Positions 1-12,271 of a stretch of 64,000 nt of DNA are shown in pieces. A model generated the notes under the pieces. That model did not search any database. It was given only the letters and a program-made list of their open reading frames with translations, and had not been told where the DNA came from. The DNA lies in contig NW_004797493.1 in assembly GCF_000002075.1 (NCBI RefSeq), positions 457,022 through 521,021 of the forward strand, read 5' to 3'. Position 1 is the stretch's first letter. The number at the start of each line of letters is the position of its first letter. Both the position numbers and the translations under genes were made by a program. This DNA comes from Aplysia californica (lineage: Eukaryota).

Positions 1-124
1 GACGGAGAAAGAGGAAGGGTAGGGGGAGGAGAAGGCAGAGAACGGAAGAAGAAGGATGGGGGAGGGAGGGAGGGGGAGAGTGGTAGAGAGGGAGGGAGGG
101 AACACAGAGAGAGAGAGGGAGAGG
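1..124. repeat. GA-rich low-complexity tract (intron)
   Basis: Direct reading. Confidence 0.85.
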
Positions 125-219
125 CATGGATTGATGAGGTGTGAAGACTTTTTGAAAATTTTAGATCAGTATGTTTAAGAGATGTAGCATTTCAACAAAG
201 CTGTCGTTTTTTTCTCCAG

Positions 220-281
220 GGATCTGAAACCACAGAATTTGTTGATCAGTGAAATAGGAGAGCTCAAACTGGCCGACTTTG
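220..281 (+). CDS. CDK14: CDK14-like exon (catalytic loop to DFG)
   Basis: tttctccag|G GAT CTG AAA CCA CAG AAT...GAC TTT G|gtaagt. Confidence 0.93.
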
Positions 282-3200
282 GTAAGTTGTGGCTTGGTTA
301 ATTCAAACTCTCATTGCTTACTTTGGATATTTACCGATCAATGCTTGATCATGTTCAAATATATATTAATATTAGTTATCAGGCAAAGTGTATTTTCTGT
401 TGGCAGTTATATTTTATAACTGGCTATGTCCTTGCACATATGCTGCTGACTTTGCATGTTAAGTCTCACTTTTGCTAGTGATAAATTATGCTTTTTATTT
501 TTATGCATTGTTTTTTGCACAGACAAAAAGATATTCATGTGCTTTGAATTTGTTTCCGTCTTCTGGTACTTGTAACACCCTATAAAAGAGTGAACATGTT
601 CAAACTTTAAGATGTGGATGAACATAGCTTTATATTTGTATGGATTGCTCTTTGTACTAAAGAAGAATACTAATGAGCTTAAAATCACGTATCTGTTTTG
701 TTGCAGTTCTGTAATGAACAAAGAGCATTCCTGCTAACACTTTAGCTGTGGATCAACTTCACATTTTATTTATATTAATTGGTCTTCATACTAATAAGAA
801 ATGTTGTGGAGCTTGAAGTAAAATTAGAACTGCTGTTAAAATTGTTCAAGACGGCTATTCATTGTTAAGGTGAAAAAATCACGTGATTGTCTTACACAGG
901 TGGATATCTTGGACAGTGTCATTGTAATATTTTAAAAAAACTCCTATGGTCGTATGCAGTTGCGAACGCCGTAAAACCTCTACTAAAAATAAACTCAGTT
1001 TGGGGAATGGGAAGTAGTCTTTTGTACGGGTGATTGTCTTGGGCTGGTGGCCATTGGAGCAGGTTCAACAGTTCTATCATTTTCTGCCTCAGGTTTGGCA
1101 CGAGCAAAGAGCATACCTAGTCACACGTACTCCCATGAAGTGGTCACACTGTGGTACCGGCCGCCGGATGTCTTGCTGGGTTCTACAGAGTATTCCACGT
1201 CACTGGACATTTGGTGAGAGAGGATTGATACTTGGCTACTTTAGAATTACAAAGTTCTGTATAAAATTTTTGGCTCTTTTGAGTTACTAAGACCATGAGG
1301 TCACTACCAAATCTTTCCATCTGCTCTCTCTAAATGGTAAGATTATTTAGAGTTGTTATCAAGATATTCAAAGAATTGCTTTTGAAAAAGATTGACATCT
1401 TGTGAAACTTAAAATCTTTGACGTTACATTTCTCAAAACTAGGTCCTCAGCAGATAGAATCTTGTAATTCTGAGGTCGCGACTTTTTTACATTATTGCTA
1501 ATGCAGGCTCGTCAACTTTCCGGAATGTCTTAAAACTGTCCCAGATTTAGCCATTGGGTATTTGAGAGCCATATCACATACATTTATGCCAAAACTAGTC
1601 CCACTTGATATCATTTTGTTCATTGTTACATAATCTGATATTTTAACATTGGTAGCAAGGTGCTCAAGTTTACCCAAACTACACCATAGGTTGTCTTGGC
1701 ATAAATTACCTCTTGTCAGTTATTTTCCTCTTTGTCAATGCTAGTCTGTGGAGAGTAGGTCATACCTTTTTGTTCTGTCTGTTCTTTCGAGGTCTTGTCT
1801 TACTCTTTCCCTTTGCTAATTGATCGTTGATCATTACTGTTACCAAGACGGTGAGTGTCAATGTAATTCTCTTTACTCAAACTGCACCTAATGTTCCGTC
1901 TTGGTTTAAATTTCCCCTTGACAATCATTTCTCTCGTCATGAAATATGCTCAGTGGGGTGGTTTGCAGGTGCTGTGGTGTGATTTGCTCCCCTTTTTCTT
2001 ATCAATATCTATCGTTCCTATCCCTCCGCCTTCTTTTCTGTGTATGTTTATCTCAAGTAATAGTTCTAATCTTTGGCACCTATATGACCTATTTGTGTTA
2101 CAAGTGCTGTAAAAGTCTTATAGTGGGTGGTTGGCGGGTGCTCTGGTGTGGTTTGCTTCTTCTTTCCTATCAAACATCTATCGTCCTTATCTCTCCTCCT
2201 TCTTTTTTCTGTTCATTACTCTCTTGTAACACCTCTAATCTTCGGCACTTATGTGACCTTATTGTGTTGCAAGTGCCGTAAAACTCTTACTAAAACTAAG
2301 AAAGTCTTACTGAAACAAAATGGGTCTAATCTTTGGCACTTATATGACCTATATGTGTTGCATGTGCCGTAAAACTCTTTACTAAATCTAAAACTAATAC
2401 TGAGATGTGCCTTCCGTCCCCAGGGGTGTGGGTTGTATTTTCACGGAGATGATCTCAGGGAAGGCCACGTTTCCAGGCACCAAAGACGTGCACCAGCAGG
2501 TCCAGGAGGGCGGGGAGAGCACGGCCCCGGGCATGAAGGACATCTATGACCAGCTGGACAAGATCTTCTTCTTCATGGGCACTCCGACAGAAGAGACGTG
2601 GGAGGGCGTCTCCAAGTACCCTAACTATGACCTCTGTGAGTTTTGGCTGAAGGAAATTGTTTTTATCACTTTGCCCACTCAGGACGTTGATCGGCGATGG
2701 TTGTTGTTGTTGTTGTTGTTGTTTTCAAATCCCTTCAGCTGCGAGCATTTGTTGATCCACTTTTTGACAGCAATGCCTCCCTCAAGTTACCACATGTCCT
2801 TGTCATCTGGTCAACGCCAGAGTAGAGCAGGCTTTGTAAGTCTGTAGGTGTGTGTAGGAGCCTGCGTTGAAGAACTGCCAGGTTTGGGCAGTGAAGGAGA
2901 AGATGTTCAACGGTCTCCTCGTGGTAGTCACAGTGTCTGCAATGGGGTTGATTCTGTTTATGTGCTTGTTGGTGTGTAAGTGTCGATCGGCGATGGTAAA
3001 AAGCCGCTCCTTTCCCCCCACAGTACGCCGTTGGAGACTCTCTGATAAAGCATAAAAAATGTTGTAGGAATACTCTCCTCGTAGACATGCATACTTGTTA
3101 AAGTTGTACTTTCCTTTCTAAATGGTTTGTGTGTCCTTTGAGGGTGAAAATCAGTTGGTTTACAACAACTGGAGTACATTTTTTGGAAAATGTTTTTCTA

Positions 3201-5896
3201 GTGTACCCTACCTACATCGTGGTACATGGGGACTAAGGCTGTGGAAAGTGTTAATTAATGTACATACTTCTGTGTGATTACAGATTTACATGCTTTACCT
3301 AAATGCAAGAACAAATTCATCAGTGAACAATACAGTACATCACATATGTTCAAAAACTTCTGTGAGTTTTGTTTTAATAACAATGTATATAATAAAAAGT
3401 GCCTATTTCCATACGATCTGTTGTTCAAACTAGGTCTTTTCTCTCACATACAAGTCTTGTCAACTGATGGTGTTTTTTCCTCCCGTGAGTGGTTGGCGGG
3501 TGCTCTGGTGTGGTTTGCTTCTTCTTTCCTATCAGACATCTATCGTCTGTATCTCCCCTCCTTCTTTTTTGTGTTTATTACTCTCTTGTAACACCTCTAA
3601 TCTTCAGCGCTTATATGACGTTATTGTGTTGCAAATGCCGTAAAACACTTACTAAAACTAAAACTTTTTCCTCCCACCTACTGTCATGTTTCTAATTCTG
3701 AACATTTCTCAGCATGTTACATGTATCTCAATTGTTCCTCCCCCAGCCAAAGTCCTGAAGCATCGGCCTCACCCGTTCATGCTGTTTGTGCCTGGGATTG
3801 TGGATCTGCCCCACGCCGAGTCTTTGGCCGAGTCGCTCATGCAGGTCAGTGGAGAGGTTGTTGGGGGCTTTTGTGGTCTAGAGGTTAGTTTTGGTTTTAA
3901 TAGAATGTTTTACGGCGCTTGCAACTGCGTAAGGTCATCTGAGTGCCAGAAGATTAGAGGTGTTTCAAGAGAGTAGCAAACATAAAAAAGAGGAAGGGGA
4001 GATAAGGACAATAGATGTTTGATTGGAAAGAAGAAGCAAACCACACCAGAGCACCCACCAACCACCCATATCTAGAGGTTAAGGTGTTTGCCTGACAGTG
4101 ATGGAAAATTTTCGTCTCTAGAATTTTCTCCTTTCACCTCCTTTCTTGCTCTCGAACCATGTTCTGTCATTCTGCTTTTGTCTCTCCTTTCTGCCACCGT
4201 CCTCTGGGCGTCTGACTCTCTCTGCAGCCGTTCTACAGCTACTCCTCTGGGCGCCTGACTGCTATCTTTTTTCAGCCACACCTCTGATCTTAGGGTAGGT
4301 AAGATCTAACACCTAGCCTTCTCGGGTAAGGGTGAAAAAATCTCGGAGGTCCTTGTGCAAGTTGTGTATGTTAAAGATCCCTTGGTGGTCCTAAAAATCG
4401 ACAAGAGTAGGCTTCAGCTGTCACCCAGGCAAAATGCAAAATTAATTCCTACCAAACTGAAGAATGATTAATGTGTCCCAAGCGCTCATATGACCTTATT
4501 CAGTGGCAAGCGCTGTAAAACACTAACCAAAACAAAACAAAAACAAGGAGAGTTGTTGGTCCACTGGTCAGGAGTTAGAGTGAGAGAGAAAAACTTCTTT
4601 GGTATCTCCAACTAGATAGTCTAATTTTCAATGAGATCTGATTCTAGTAATTGTTGTTCTTGGCATAACAGTGACTCATTTCGATGGTCAATAATTGCAT
4701 TTTTTCAAGACTTTCCTTATCTAATTTGAAGAGACCGGGTTTCTTCAACTTGATCATAGAAGTCAAAATTGTCTCAAATAATGTTGGGAAAAGAGTGTTT
4801 TTGGTTTGTTTTTCTGTTGCGCATCAAACGTCTATCTTCCTCATCTTTCTTCCTCCTTGTTCTTTGTATATTACTCTGTAGTAACAACTCTAATCTTTGG
4901 CCATTACACGACCTATTTGTGGGTGGTTGGCGGCTGCTGTGGTGTGGTTTGCTTCTTTCCTATCAAACATTTATCGTCCTTATCTCTCCTTCTTCTTTTT
5001 TATGTTTGTTACTCTCTTGTAACACCTCTAATCTTCTGGAGCTCATATGACCTAATGCAGTTGCGAGCGCCGTAAAACCTCTACTAAAACTAAAACTAAA
5101 TTACCTATTTGCGTTGCAAGAGCTATAAATTTCTACTTAAAAATGAAACAAACTGAAGATATCTCTGTTGAATGGACTCAAATAGAGACATTACTTTCTC
5201 TTCAGATGCCTGCTCACAGGCGAATCTCAGCACATGCAGCTATGAAGCATCCTTTTTTCCAAGACTTGCCCCCAGCAATACACAAGCTTGGAGACAGTGA
5301 GTGCACAGTTTTACGTATTGTTTTTGTTGTTTGTACGAGTCGCACAGAGGGAGGGTCAATGTCTGTATGTGTGTGGGTACATGTGCCTTTGCGTGTGTAT
5401 TGTGCTTGTNNNNNNNNNNNNNNNNNNNNNNNNNNNNNNNNNNNNNNNNNNNNNNNNNNNNNNNNNNNNNNNNNNNNNNNNNNNNNNNNNNNNNNNNNNN
5501 NNNNNNNNNNNNNNNNNNNNNNNNNNNNNNNNNNNNNNNNNNNNNNNNNNNNNNNNNNNNNNNNNNNNNNNNNNNNNNNNNNATAGATAGATGGACGGAC
5601 GGATGGACGGACAGACAGACAGAGGTAGGGGGGGAGAGAGTGAGAGAGAGAAAGAGAGAGAGAAAGGGAGAATGAGGAGTTATGTGTTAATATTTGTGCA
5701 GTATAGACTACAAAATGTTTGAGATAAAGACATCCTTATGTGAATTTGATTTCCTCCCTCTCTTTTCTCCATCATCCCAGCCACATCAATATTCAACATT
5801 CCTGGCCTACAACTCCAAAGAGAAGATGGAAATCCGAGTGTTGCGAAGAGACGTCACTCGAGCCGGCGCGGCATTCGCACTGTGTTGAAGATGTGA
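220..5896 (+). CDS. CDK14: PFTAIRE-type cyclin-dependent kinase (CDK14/15, Eip63E-like), 3' part: exons 220-281, 1093-1213, 2424-2635, 3747-3844, 5206-5296, 5781-5896; 5' exons lie outside the window
   Basis: Phase-consistent AG/GT exons translate to [67 protein letters not shown]...[14 protein letters not shown]...[13 protein letters not shown]...[12 protein letters not shown]; PSHTYS and PGMKD motifs are typical of PFTAIRE kinases. Confidence 0.92.
1093..1213 (+). CDS. CDK14: CDK14-like exon (activation loop)
   Basis: cctcag|...[40 protein letters not shown]|gtgaga. Confidence 0.95.
1953..2396 (+). mobile_element. Cluster of three copies of the ~180-bp short retroposon (diverged 1953-2120, intact 2123-2299, tail-only 2325-2396)
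   Basis: GTGGGTGGTTGGCGGGTGCTCTGG...GTGCCGTAAAACTCTTACTAAAAC; TSD AAAGTCTTA at 2112 and 2301. Confidence 0.85.
2424..2635 (+). CDS. CDK14: CDK14-like exon (subdomains IX-X) with 18-aa insert
   Basis: ccccag|[18 protein letters not shown]...[20 protein letters not shown]|gtgagt. Confidence 0.92.
2702..2984 (-). mobile_element. 5'-truncated non-LTR retrotransposon 3' end
   Basis: Encodes [19 protein letters not shown] (CCHC knuckle); (CAA)n tail; 13-bp TSD GATCGGCGATGGT at 2689-2701 and 2985-2997. Confidence 0.85.
3485..3664 (+). mobile_element. ~180-bp short retroposon copy
   Basis: Family consensus; TSD TTTTTCCTCCC. Confidence 0.85.
3747..3844 (+). CDS. CDK14: CDK14-like exon
   Basis: ccccag|[32 protein letters not shown]|gtcagt; phases match neighbours. 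Confidence 0.88.
3888..4068 (-). mobile_element. ~180-bp short retroposon copy (reverse)
   Basis: Reverse complement of the family; TSD TCTAGAGGTTA at 3877 and 4071. Confidence 0.85.
4290..4546 (+). mobile_element. SINE remnant with Deu/Nin-like core and the family-shared LINE-type tail
   Basis: GCCTTCTCGGGTAAGGG...GAGGTCC...GTTAAAGATCCC...AAGAGTAGG core; tail GCGCTCATATGACCTT...GCGCTGTAAAAC(CAAAA)n. Confidence 0.6.
4795..5142 (+). mobile_element. Short retroposon copy (4919-5100) nested in an older copy of the same family
   Basis: TSD ACCTATTTG at 4911 and 5103; the host copy resumes after the insert. Confidence 0.8.
5206..5296 (+). CDS. CDK14: CDK14-like exon (subdomain XI)
   Basis: ttcag|[30 protein letters not shown]|gtgagt. 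Confidence 0.92.
5781..5896 (+). CDS. CDK14: CDK14-like last coding exon (exon continues to donor at 5941)
   Basis: atcccag|[40 protein letters not shown]. Confidence 0.88.
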
Positions 5897-6001
5897 CGCA
5901 GTCTGAGGCGGGCCCAAGGCTAGTGTGCTCAGTCTGGAAGGTGAGTGATGGAGAGAGAGAGGACTTTAGGTTTCAATAATGGTCATTTAGTGCAGGGGAA
6001 T

Positions 6002-6122
6002 AGAAAGACAGACCAACAGAAAGACAGACCAACAGAAAGACAGACCAACAGAAAGACAGACCAACAGAAAGACAGACCAACAGAAAGACAGACCAACAGA
6101 AAGACAGACCAACAGAAAGACA
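6002..6122 (+). repeat. 16-bp minisatellite (AGAAAGACAGACCAAC)x~7
   Basis: Direct reading. Confidence 0.95.
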
Positions 6123-6831
6123 GGGGAGGGAAAAGAAAAAAGGGTCTTTCGTCACATTTTGTTGTGATTATGGTCATATAGTAAAGAAAAACCTAAAGGA
6201 AGATAGGGACTGCACATAGAGACCAAGTTTTGAACCAAACCAACCCAGGCAGACAGAATAGTGTAGGAGATTAAGTGTTTTATTGAAGGAAGGTCCCGAG
6301 ATCCAGGTACTGAAATAACTAAAAAGAAAAGATTTTGGGGAAAAAGTTGGACAAACCAACAGAAACAGAGGGAAAGAAAAGAAAAGACGAAAGATCTGCC
6401 AGAGGTGCCCAACAACCAGGTAGAAACACTGTCTTGGTGTTTAGTTTTTCCTTATGAAATAAGATATTATCTACTGAGTAAAAGATATTTTTTGTCAAGT
6501 ACCTTGTTGATGGATGTGATGATGAGGGTGGATAGTCATGCTTTTGGGCTAACTGATTGATTTTTATGTGTGCGCATGCACGTGTGTGTGTGTGCATGAG
6601 TGCATGTATGCGTGTGTGCAGATGTCAGTGTGTCTGTGTGTTAGTGCTCTTGTGTGTGTGTTAATCCTATGGACTTAAGGTCACACTCACCCTTCAGCAT
6701 TCTGAACAAATGCCTTAGCAGTTGAGCTAAAAGGAACTCAGGTGCGTGGTTTCTTCTGCTTCAGAGGCCAGGGCTCAGAGTGTCAAGTGTGTGTAATGAC
6801 AACTTATGATGAAGGCGAAGGAGAAGTCTTT

Positions 6832-7011
6832 GTGGATGGTTGGCGGGCGCTCTGGTGTGGTTTGCTTCTTCTTTCCTATCAAACATCTATCGTCTTCATC
6901 TCCCCTCCTTCTTTTTTGTGTTTGTTACTCTCTTGTAACACCTCTAATCTTCGGCACTTTTATGACCTAATTGTGTTGCATGTGCCATAAAACTCTTATT
7001 ACTAAAACTAA
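6832..7011 (+). mobile_element. ~180-bp short retroposon copy
   Basis: Family consensus; TSD AAGGAGAAG(T/A)CTTT. Confidence 0.85.
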
Positions 7012-10000
7012 AAGGAGAAGACTTTTGGGTTTTAAAAAAAATGTGTTAACTTTCAGACATGTACAGTTGTTAGGGTGTCTGAGGATACCAGGAATATGTA
7101 GTTAAACCTCAAACCAATATATAGGCAAAAATAGTTAGTGTGGTCAATTCTGGTTGATTTTGAGTTATACGTACCAGGAGATTCCCCAACCATTTTAGAA
7201 AACAATGCAAGAGTTGTTTCTTGTAAAAACCACTTAAAAATATCTTTTCTCAATTTATTTTCCACTGTTTTCAGATATTAAAAAGCAATAATGGTGTAAC
7301 TTTGGTTTTTTGCAGTTCTTATTTCTGCACACATTGTTACTTCAAAATGCAATATCTTTTCTTCTAGAAAAGTTAATTGAAATTTTTGTTAATGTATAAT
7401 AATCTGTAAGATCCCAGCTTTCAGAAAAGCACAAAACCTCAAAATGGCCCATAGCTGACATATTCCTGATTTTCTCAGACCAACTCACATTTACATACCT
7501 TTTGTCTTACATTGTCTCATCGCCTTTCCGCTCACTCTTTCTCCAGGTGTTGTGAATTGTGGCTGCTGGTCTGTCAGCGAGAGAGAGAGCAATGTTTTGC
7601 CGTCCAGAGTACAAGGTAGAAGAGATTATATTGTCAAGTTTGCTTCTCCCCGAGGACTTGAAAGACTCCATAATCTCTACAAAGCTGTTGCTGCAGCTGA
7701 TGATCCACTACTGGATGCACAGTGGTTTAGCCAAGTGCACAGCCTTTTCTTGCAGAGTTTATGTACAAAGAATCATAATGTGTTGATAGACAGCAAGAAG
7801 TGGTGACATATTCAGTCTGGACAGTCAGATGTTGTGAAGAAATTGCATTTCCGTCAATGACAAAGTGGAATTATTCTCTAAGGATCTGGTCATCTTGGGA
7901 GAGCTTTCCTTAATACAGATACTGTCGTCCCGTGATCTGTGGAAATTTTCACGTATTCTAACGGTGAAAGCTTTCCTGTGGATGTTGTTTTATTTGATGT
8001 ACCAGAATGCTTAATGCTTAATAGTTGTGGATCAACTTGTATGTATGAGTAATTTGTGCAGCTTTTTTTGTCAGCTTTTGATGATGTAAGCAGTGTCGTT
8101 GATCTTGTTTGCGCTCTTATGCGTCCATGTATTTGGTTGTTGAATGAACAGTGGGCAAATGTGCTATATGAGGGAGACAGTAACTGTTAAAGAATGTGTT
8201 GTGTGAAGGATATAGGGACAGTGGAAGAATGCCCAGGGAATAGTCCTCCTGTTGCTTACATATGCCCATAGTGTAAAGAGGTTTGGAGAAAAGAGTCCAC
8301 CCTCTCTGGTTAATCACTAATGTAAGCTGCTGTTTGTCTTGACTCGTAAGCTGCTGTTTTTGTTACATTGACTGCCTTGTCAAGGTGGAAGGCAGAAATG
8401 CAGTACTGTGTGAGTGGGAGGTGAAATCTTACCTATAACTTGAACCCTCCTTCTTCCTTGAGTCCTCTGTAGGTACCTTAGAGAAGGTCAGATGGGAATT
8501 GAGAGGAGGGCGTAGATGGAGGGGGAAGTGGAAAGCTCTCATATAGTTTATGTTTTGTTTGCTCTTTTATTGCCCACCCTTCGGATATCTAAGTGCAATT
8601 AAGTTCTACAAGAACTGGCCAAAAATACTGTGCACTCTGATTTCGGAAGATCTGTATCTTTTATGACATGGCTTCGAGTCATAGAGGGCTAGCTTGAAAG
8701 ACTTGCTGGATGGGGATAGTAAAGTTGTGTGTGTGGAAGACGTTTTGGGAGGAGATAAAAAGTGCTGTCAAAAAGTGGATCAACAAAGTGATGGGTCAAG
8801 ATTCATGTACTTTTTTAACGATGATTTTTATTAGAAGAAAAAGTGTTGTGCGAAAGTTTGTATTAAGGGTAACAGGGTATATTGTGAATTGATGATCCGA
8901 GAAGAGAAGTAGGTAAATCCAGAAAGACAGGTCGGTTTAGTCCTTTTTTTTTTTCATGAGTTTTCCCTTCTACTCTAATGGAGATAATACAAGTGCTTCT
9001 TTTGTGCCATACATGTTAGTGGATCAAGGATAGTTTTGCACAACCCCCCCCAAAAAAAACAACAACAAACAAAACAAACAACAAAACAAAACAACTCCAA
9101 CCAAACAAACCAGTGACCGTTTAGATCCAAGGATGATATCTGAGGATGCTAAACCAGTGACTGGGCTCAGTGTGCGCCAAAGGCTAACCAGTTCTGTTGT
9201 ATGCCCACAATGAATAGAGTGAGACAGACTCGGCTCATGCTTCTTTGTAAATGGGTTCAGTTTACCTAACTACTGCTCTGAAAGATCTGACACTTTGTAT
9301 GGAGTTGTGAAAAATGTTGCAGAAATTTTTCTGTTGATCTATGGACCCGTTGTCCCAAGACAGTAAGTAATGAGGCAGATCAGACAAGGTGTGAGATGAC
9401 AAAATGGGAAATAAAGAGTACATATCGCCATTGTCATCACCCCCCCCCCCACCCCCCCAAAAAAAAATAAAAATTGGAGTTAAAACAAATTTCTTTTTTT
9501 TCACACAGTAACGCAGGGTCAAATTGAGTTTTTCACGTTTCTTGCACCAGTGATGATTATATGTATGTGAAGAATGTGAAAGTAGTCATATTATGTTTGT
9601 ATTTGTGTGTTGTATTATTACATGTAATGCAGATCTCCTTTAACTACATCCCACCCTCAAGCACAAATACCCTCGTTGGTGGCCTCTCAGTTACCGTACC
9701 GAGTTCTCTATGGGGCTGTCGTACAAATCACCACATTCGGCAAATCATCCCATTTACTGCCTGAATCTCTCTGTATTTTTATTTTAATGGCACTTTTCTG
9801 AGGTTTGTTTATTGTAGGGTAGTTTATAGCAAACCATCAATTATGATGGTAAAATTTCATTTAACTTACGGGCCAGGAACATTGCTCCGACTCCAGAACT
9901 CTTGTAGAGTCTGACTCTCTACTGACTGCCCCTTGTTGATGATGCTAGAGAAAACTTTTTAAAAACAGTTTTTGACCTCATATTTCTTTTTTAACCTTGT

Positions 10001-10915
10001 GGGTGGTTGATGGGTGTTTGTTCTTGTCTGGTCGTCTCATTTTGCTTCAATCTGCTCATATGGAATATGGCCGCTATCATGCTGACTGTATTAAGTTTTT
10101 CTTTTTAATCTTTCAAGTTAAGGTACTCTTTATACTGCATTGATCTTCATGTCTTTTTTTCTTGTTTTCCATTCTGTCTTACTGTCCTCCCTCATTTTGT
10201 TCCGTCTTTCTATCTTCCTTCTTTGTATGACCATCGTTGTTCAAATCCTTTTCCCCTCCTACTTATCTGACAGAGAAATGACATTTTGTTTCCTCCTCTA
10301 GAACCTTACAACCTTGCTGTTGTTTGCTAGTTCTCCACTCAGTAGCCCCTGTCGTATATACTTTGTTGCTTGAATCATCAAATCACTGAATCTCTCTGTT
10401 ATATTATATTAGCCTCTGTGTTTTCCGTTCTTTGAAAAAAGGGTAATAAACCTGTATAGTTGCTTCTTTTGTCTACCAACTTTTGTCAGGAATTGGATTC
10501 TGTAGTATATTTTAAACAGCAACAAGAATTCTGTAAAAAAGAAAATTTTGTACATCATTAAGTCAGTTTACAATGAAGAAGAAGTAATTTCTTAACAAAT
10601 CATCAGCCTCCATTAATTTGGAGTGGTTTGGGGATAACGTTTTGATTTCACTTAATGTCTTCAGTTATAGTTATTAACACCTGTCTTGAGGTTTGAGAGA
10701 GGGGTGGGGGACTGAGCATTAGGTATCCTTTCCTATATCTCATAAAGAGCGTAATGGAAGGCTTTTCTTCTGTCACCTCTTGGTTTGGCAGTGTACTTCT
10801 TTGATGTGGTAGGAGAGTTGGCTTGGGGGAGTCGACACTTATGGCTTCAGTTGTGGGCAGAAAGCACTTACAAACATTAGCCAGCTGATAGAGAGGTATA
10901 CTGTCTGCCATAGTA

Positions 10916-11105
10916 CAGTAGAACCTGCACAAGATGATCACCCACTGTCCAGAGGAAAGTGGTCATCTTATATGGGTGGTCTTCTTGGACAGTTTCTTTT
11001 GAATACCGGTACAGAAAAAAGGCCAAGGGGGAGGGGGGGAATGGGAAAAGGTCATTTGTTCAGGTTATTGTCTTGGACAGGTGGTTGTTAGAGCAGGTTC
11101 AACTG
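10916..11105. mobile_element. Tc1/mariner-pogo-type MITE
   Basis: TA|CAGTAGAACCTGC ... GCAGGTTCAACTG|TA; related degenerate copies at ~820-1071 and ~19615-20456. Confidence 0.8.
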
Positions 11106-12271
11106 TATCTCTCATGCTTGTCGGAATAGAGCTGTTCACTATCTAATGTGTATGTTCAGTGTGTACCTGTTTATAAAATTGCTTTTGTAGTGAAATGTTT
11201 GTACTTAGATCTTTATATGATTTGTATAACTGGAGAGGGATTTGACTAAAACTAATGTTCAATGAGATACACTTCTCTTGTGGAAAATCGTATTGGGTTG
11301 ATAACAACAGTAATATATTTCCCATTGTAAGCTTTGACTTTATGGGAATTTTATTTATAGAAATCCAGTCCCACTAAACAAATATGATCCGTGAACTATT
11401 TGAATTTACAACCTTTTTTAAAAAACAAATTAGAAATCCTTTTCTTATACATAGGTTTCTTAAGTGTAGCATTCTCCACAACCCTATAGTTAAGAATACT
11501 GTTTGTGCTTCTGTAATCCCTAAAAATTTAGAGTTGAATGTGTCATTGTTTGCTAATGTGCAAGAATCATACAGGTTTTGTGTTACTCTACGTTCACACG
11601 TTTGAAGGAGTGAATGATTAACCCTTTTTTCCTAAGTATTTTACGTCTGTCTGTGTTTTCTTGGATACTTTTTTTCTTTTATAAGTTTCAAGCTAGGTGT
11701 ATACAATAAAAGGAGTAGGCTGTCAGTTAAGCTATGTCAATAGTACGTTGAGACTTCAGAAAAATAGGAATTGAAGGAACTCTGTCCTTAAAATGTGTGC
11801 TTTAGAGGCAAATAAAGTTTCAAATTTGATATCAAAGGCTTTCGTCAGATTTTGGAATGTATCCCTCAAAACTATTTAAGCAGGACCAAGGAATATTGTG
11901 CTTATTATGCATGGAGTCTCGTAGCAAGAGGTTGTATGTGCCTTTATATTTCCTAGACAAGAGCGCCCCCTTTCTCTTAATGCTTGTACAGCTGTCTGAT
12001 ATATTATAATGAAAGCACATTATCCTGTTTGTGGGATTTTTGTTTTCAGAGAGAAATGTCTGTGTGATTTGAAAAAGAACTGTCTCAGCCACCTCGCTGT
12101 AGTCAACTAGAAGGTGGGCCTAGTCTTACTATAATCTAGCACGCTTGCCCTGTTGATGTGCAGCTGCAAGTTTGGGGAAAGCTGCATGGTTGAGCTGTGT
12201 TGTGATCAGTGAGCCTTTGTTGTTATTGTTATATCCTGACTCTATGCTCATGGAGGATTTAAGGGGTTTGT

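Noticed and set aside
1891-2372. Recurrent ORFs with [25 protein letters not shown] peptides (also 3274, 4769, 6742, 12172, 41569)
   Set aside because: Translations of the non-coding 180-bp repeat; frames and stops differ between copies
6002-6122. Regular repeat that might suggest a CRISPR array or a repetitive protein (RKTDQQKDRPTERQTN)
   Set aside because: Head-to-tail 16-bp minisatellite with no spacers, located in an intron
9129-9250. GGATGA...CTGA resembling C/D snoRNA boxes
   Set aside because: Boxes are too close together and there is no terminal stem
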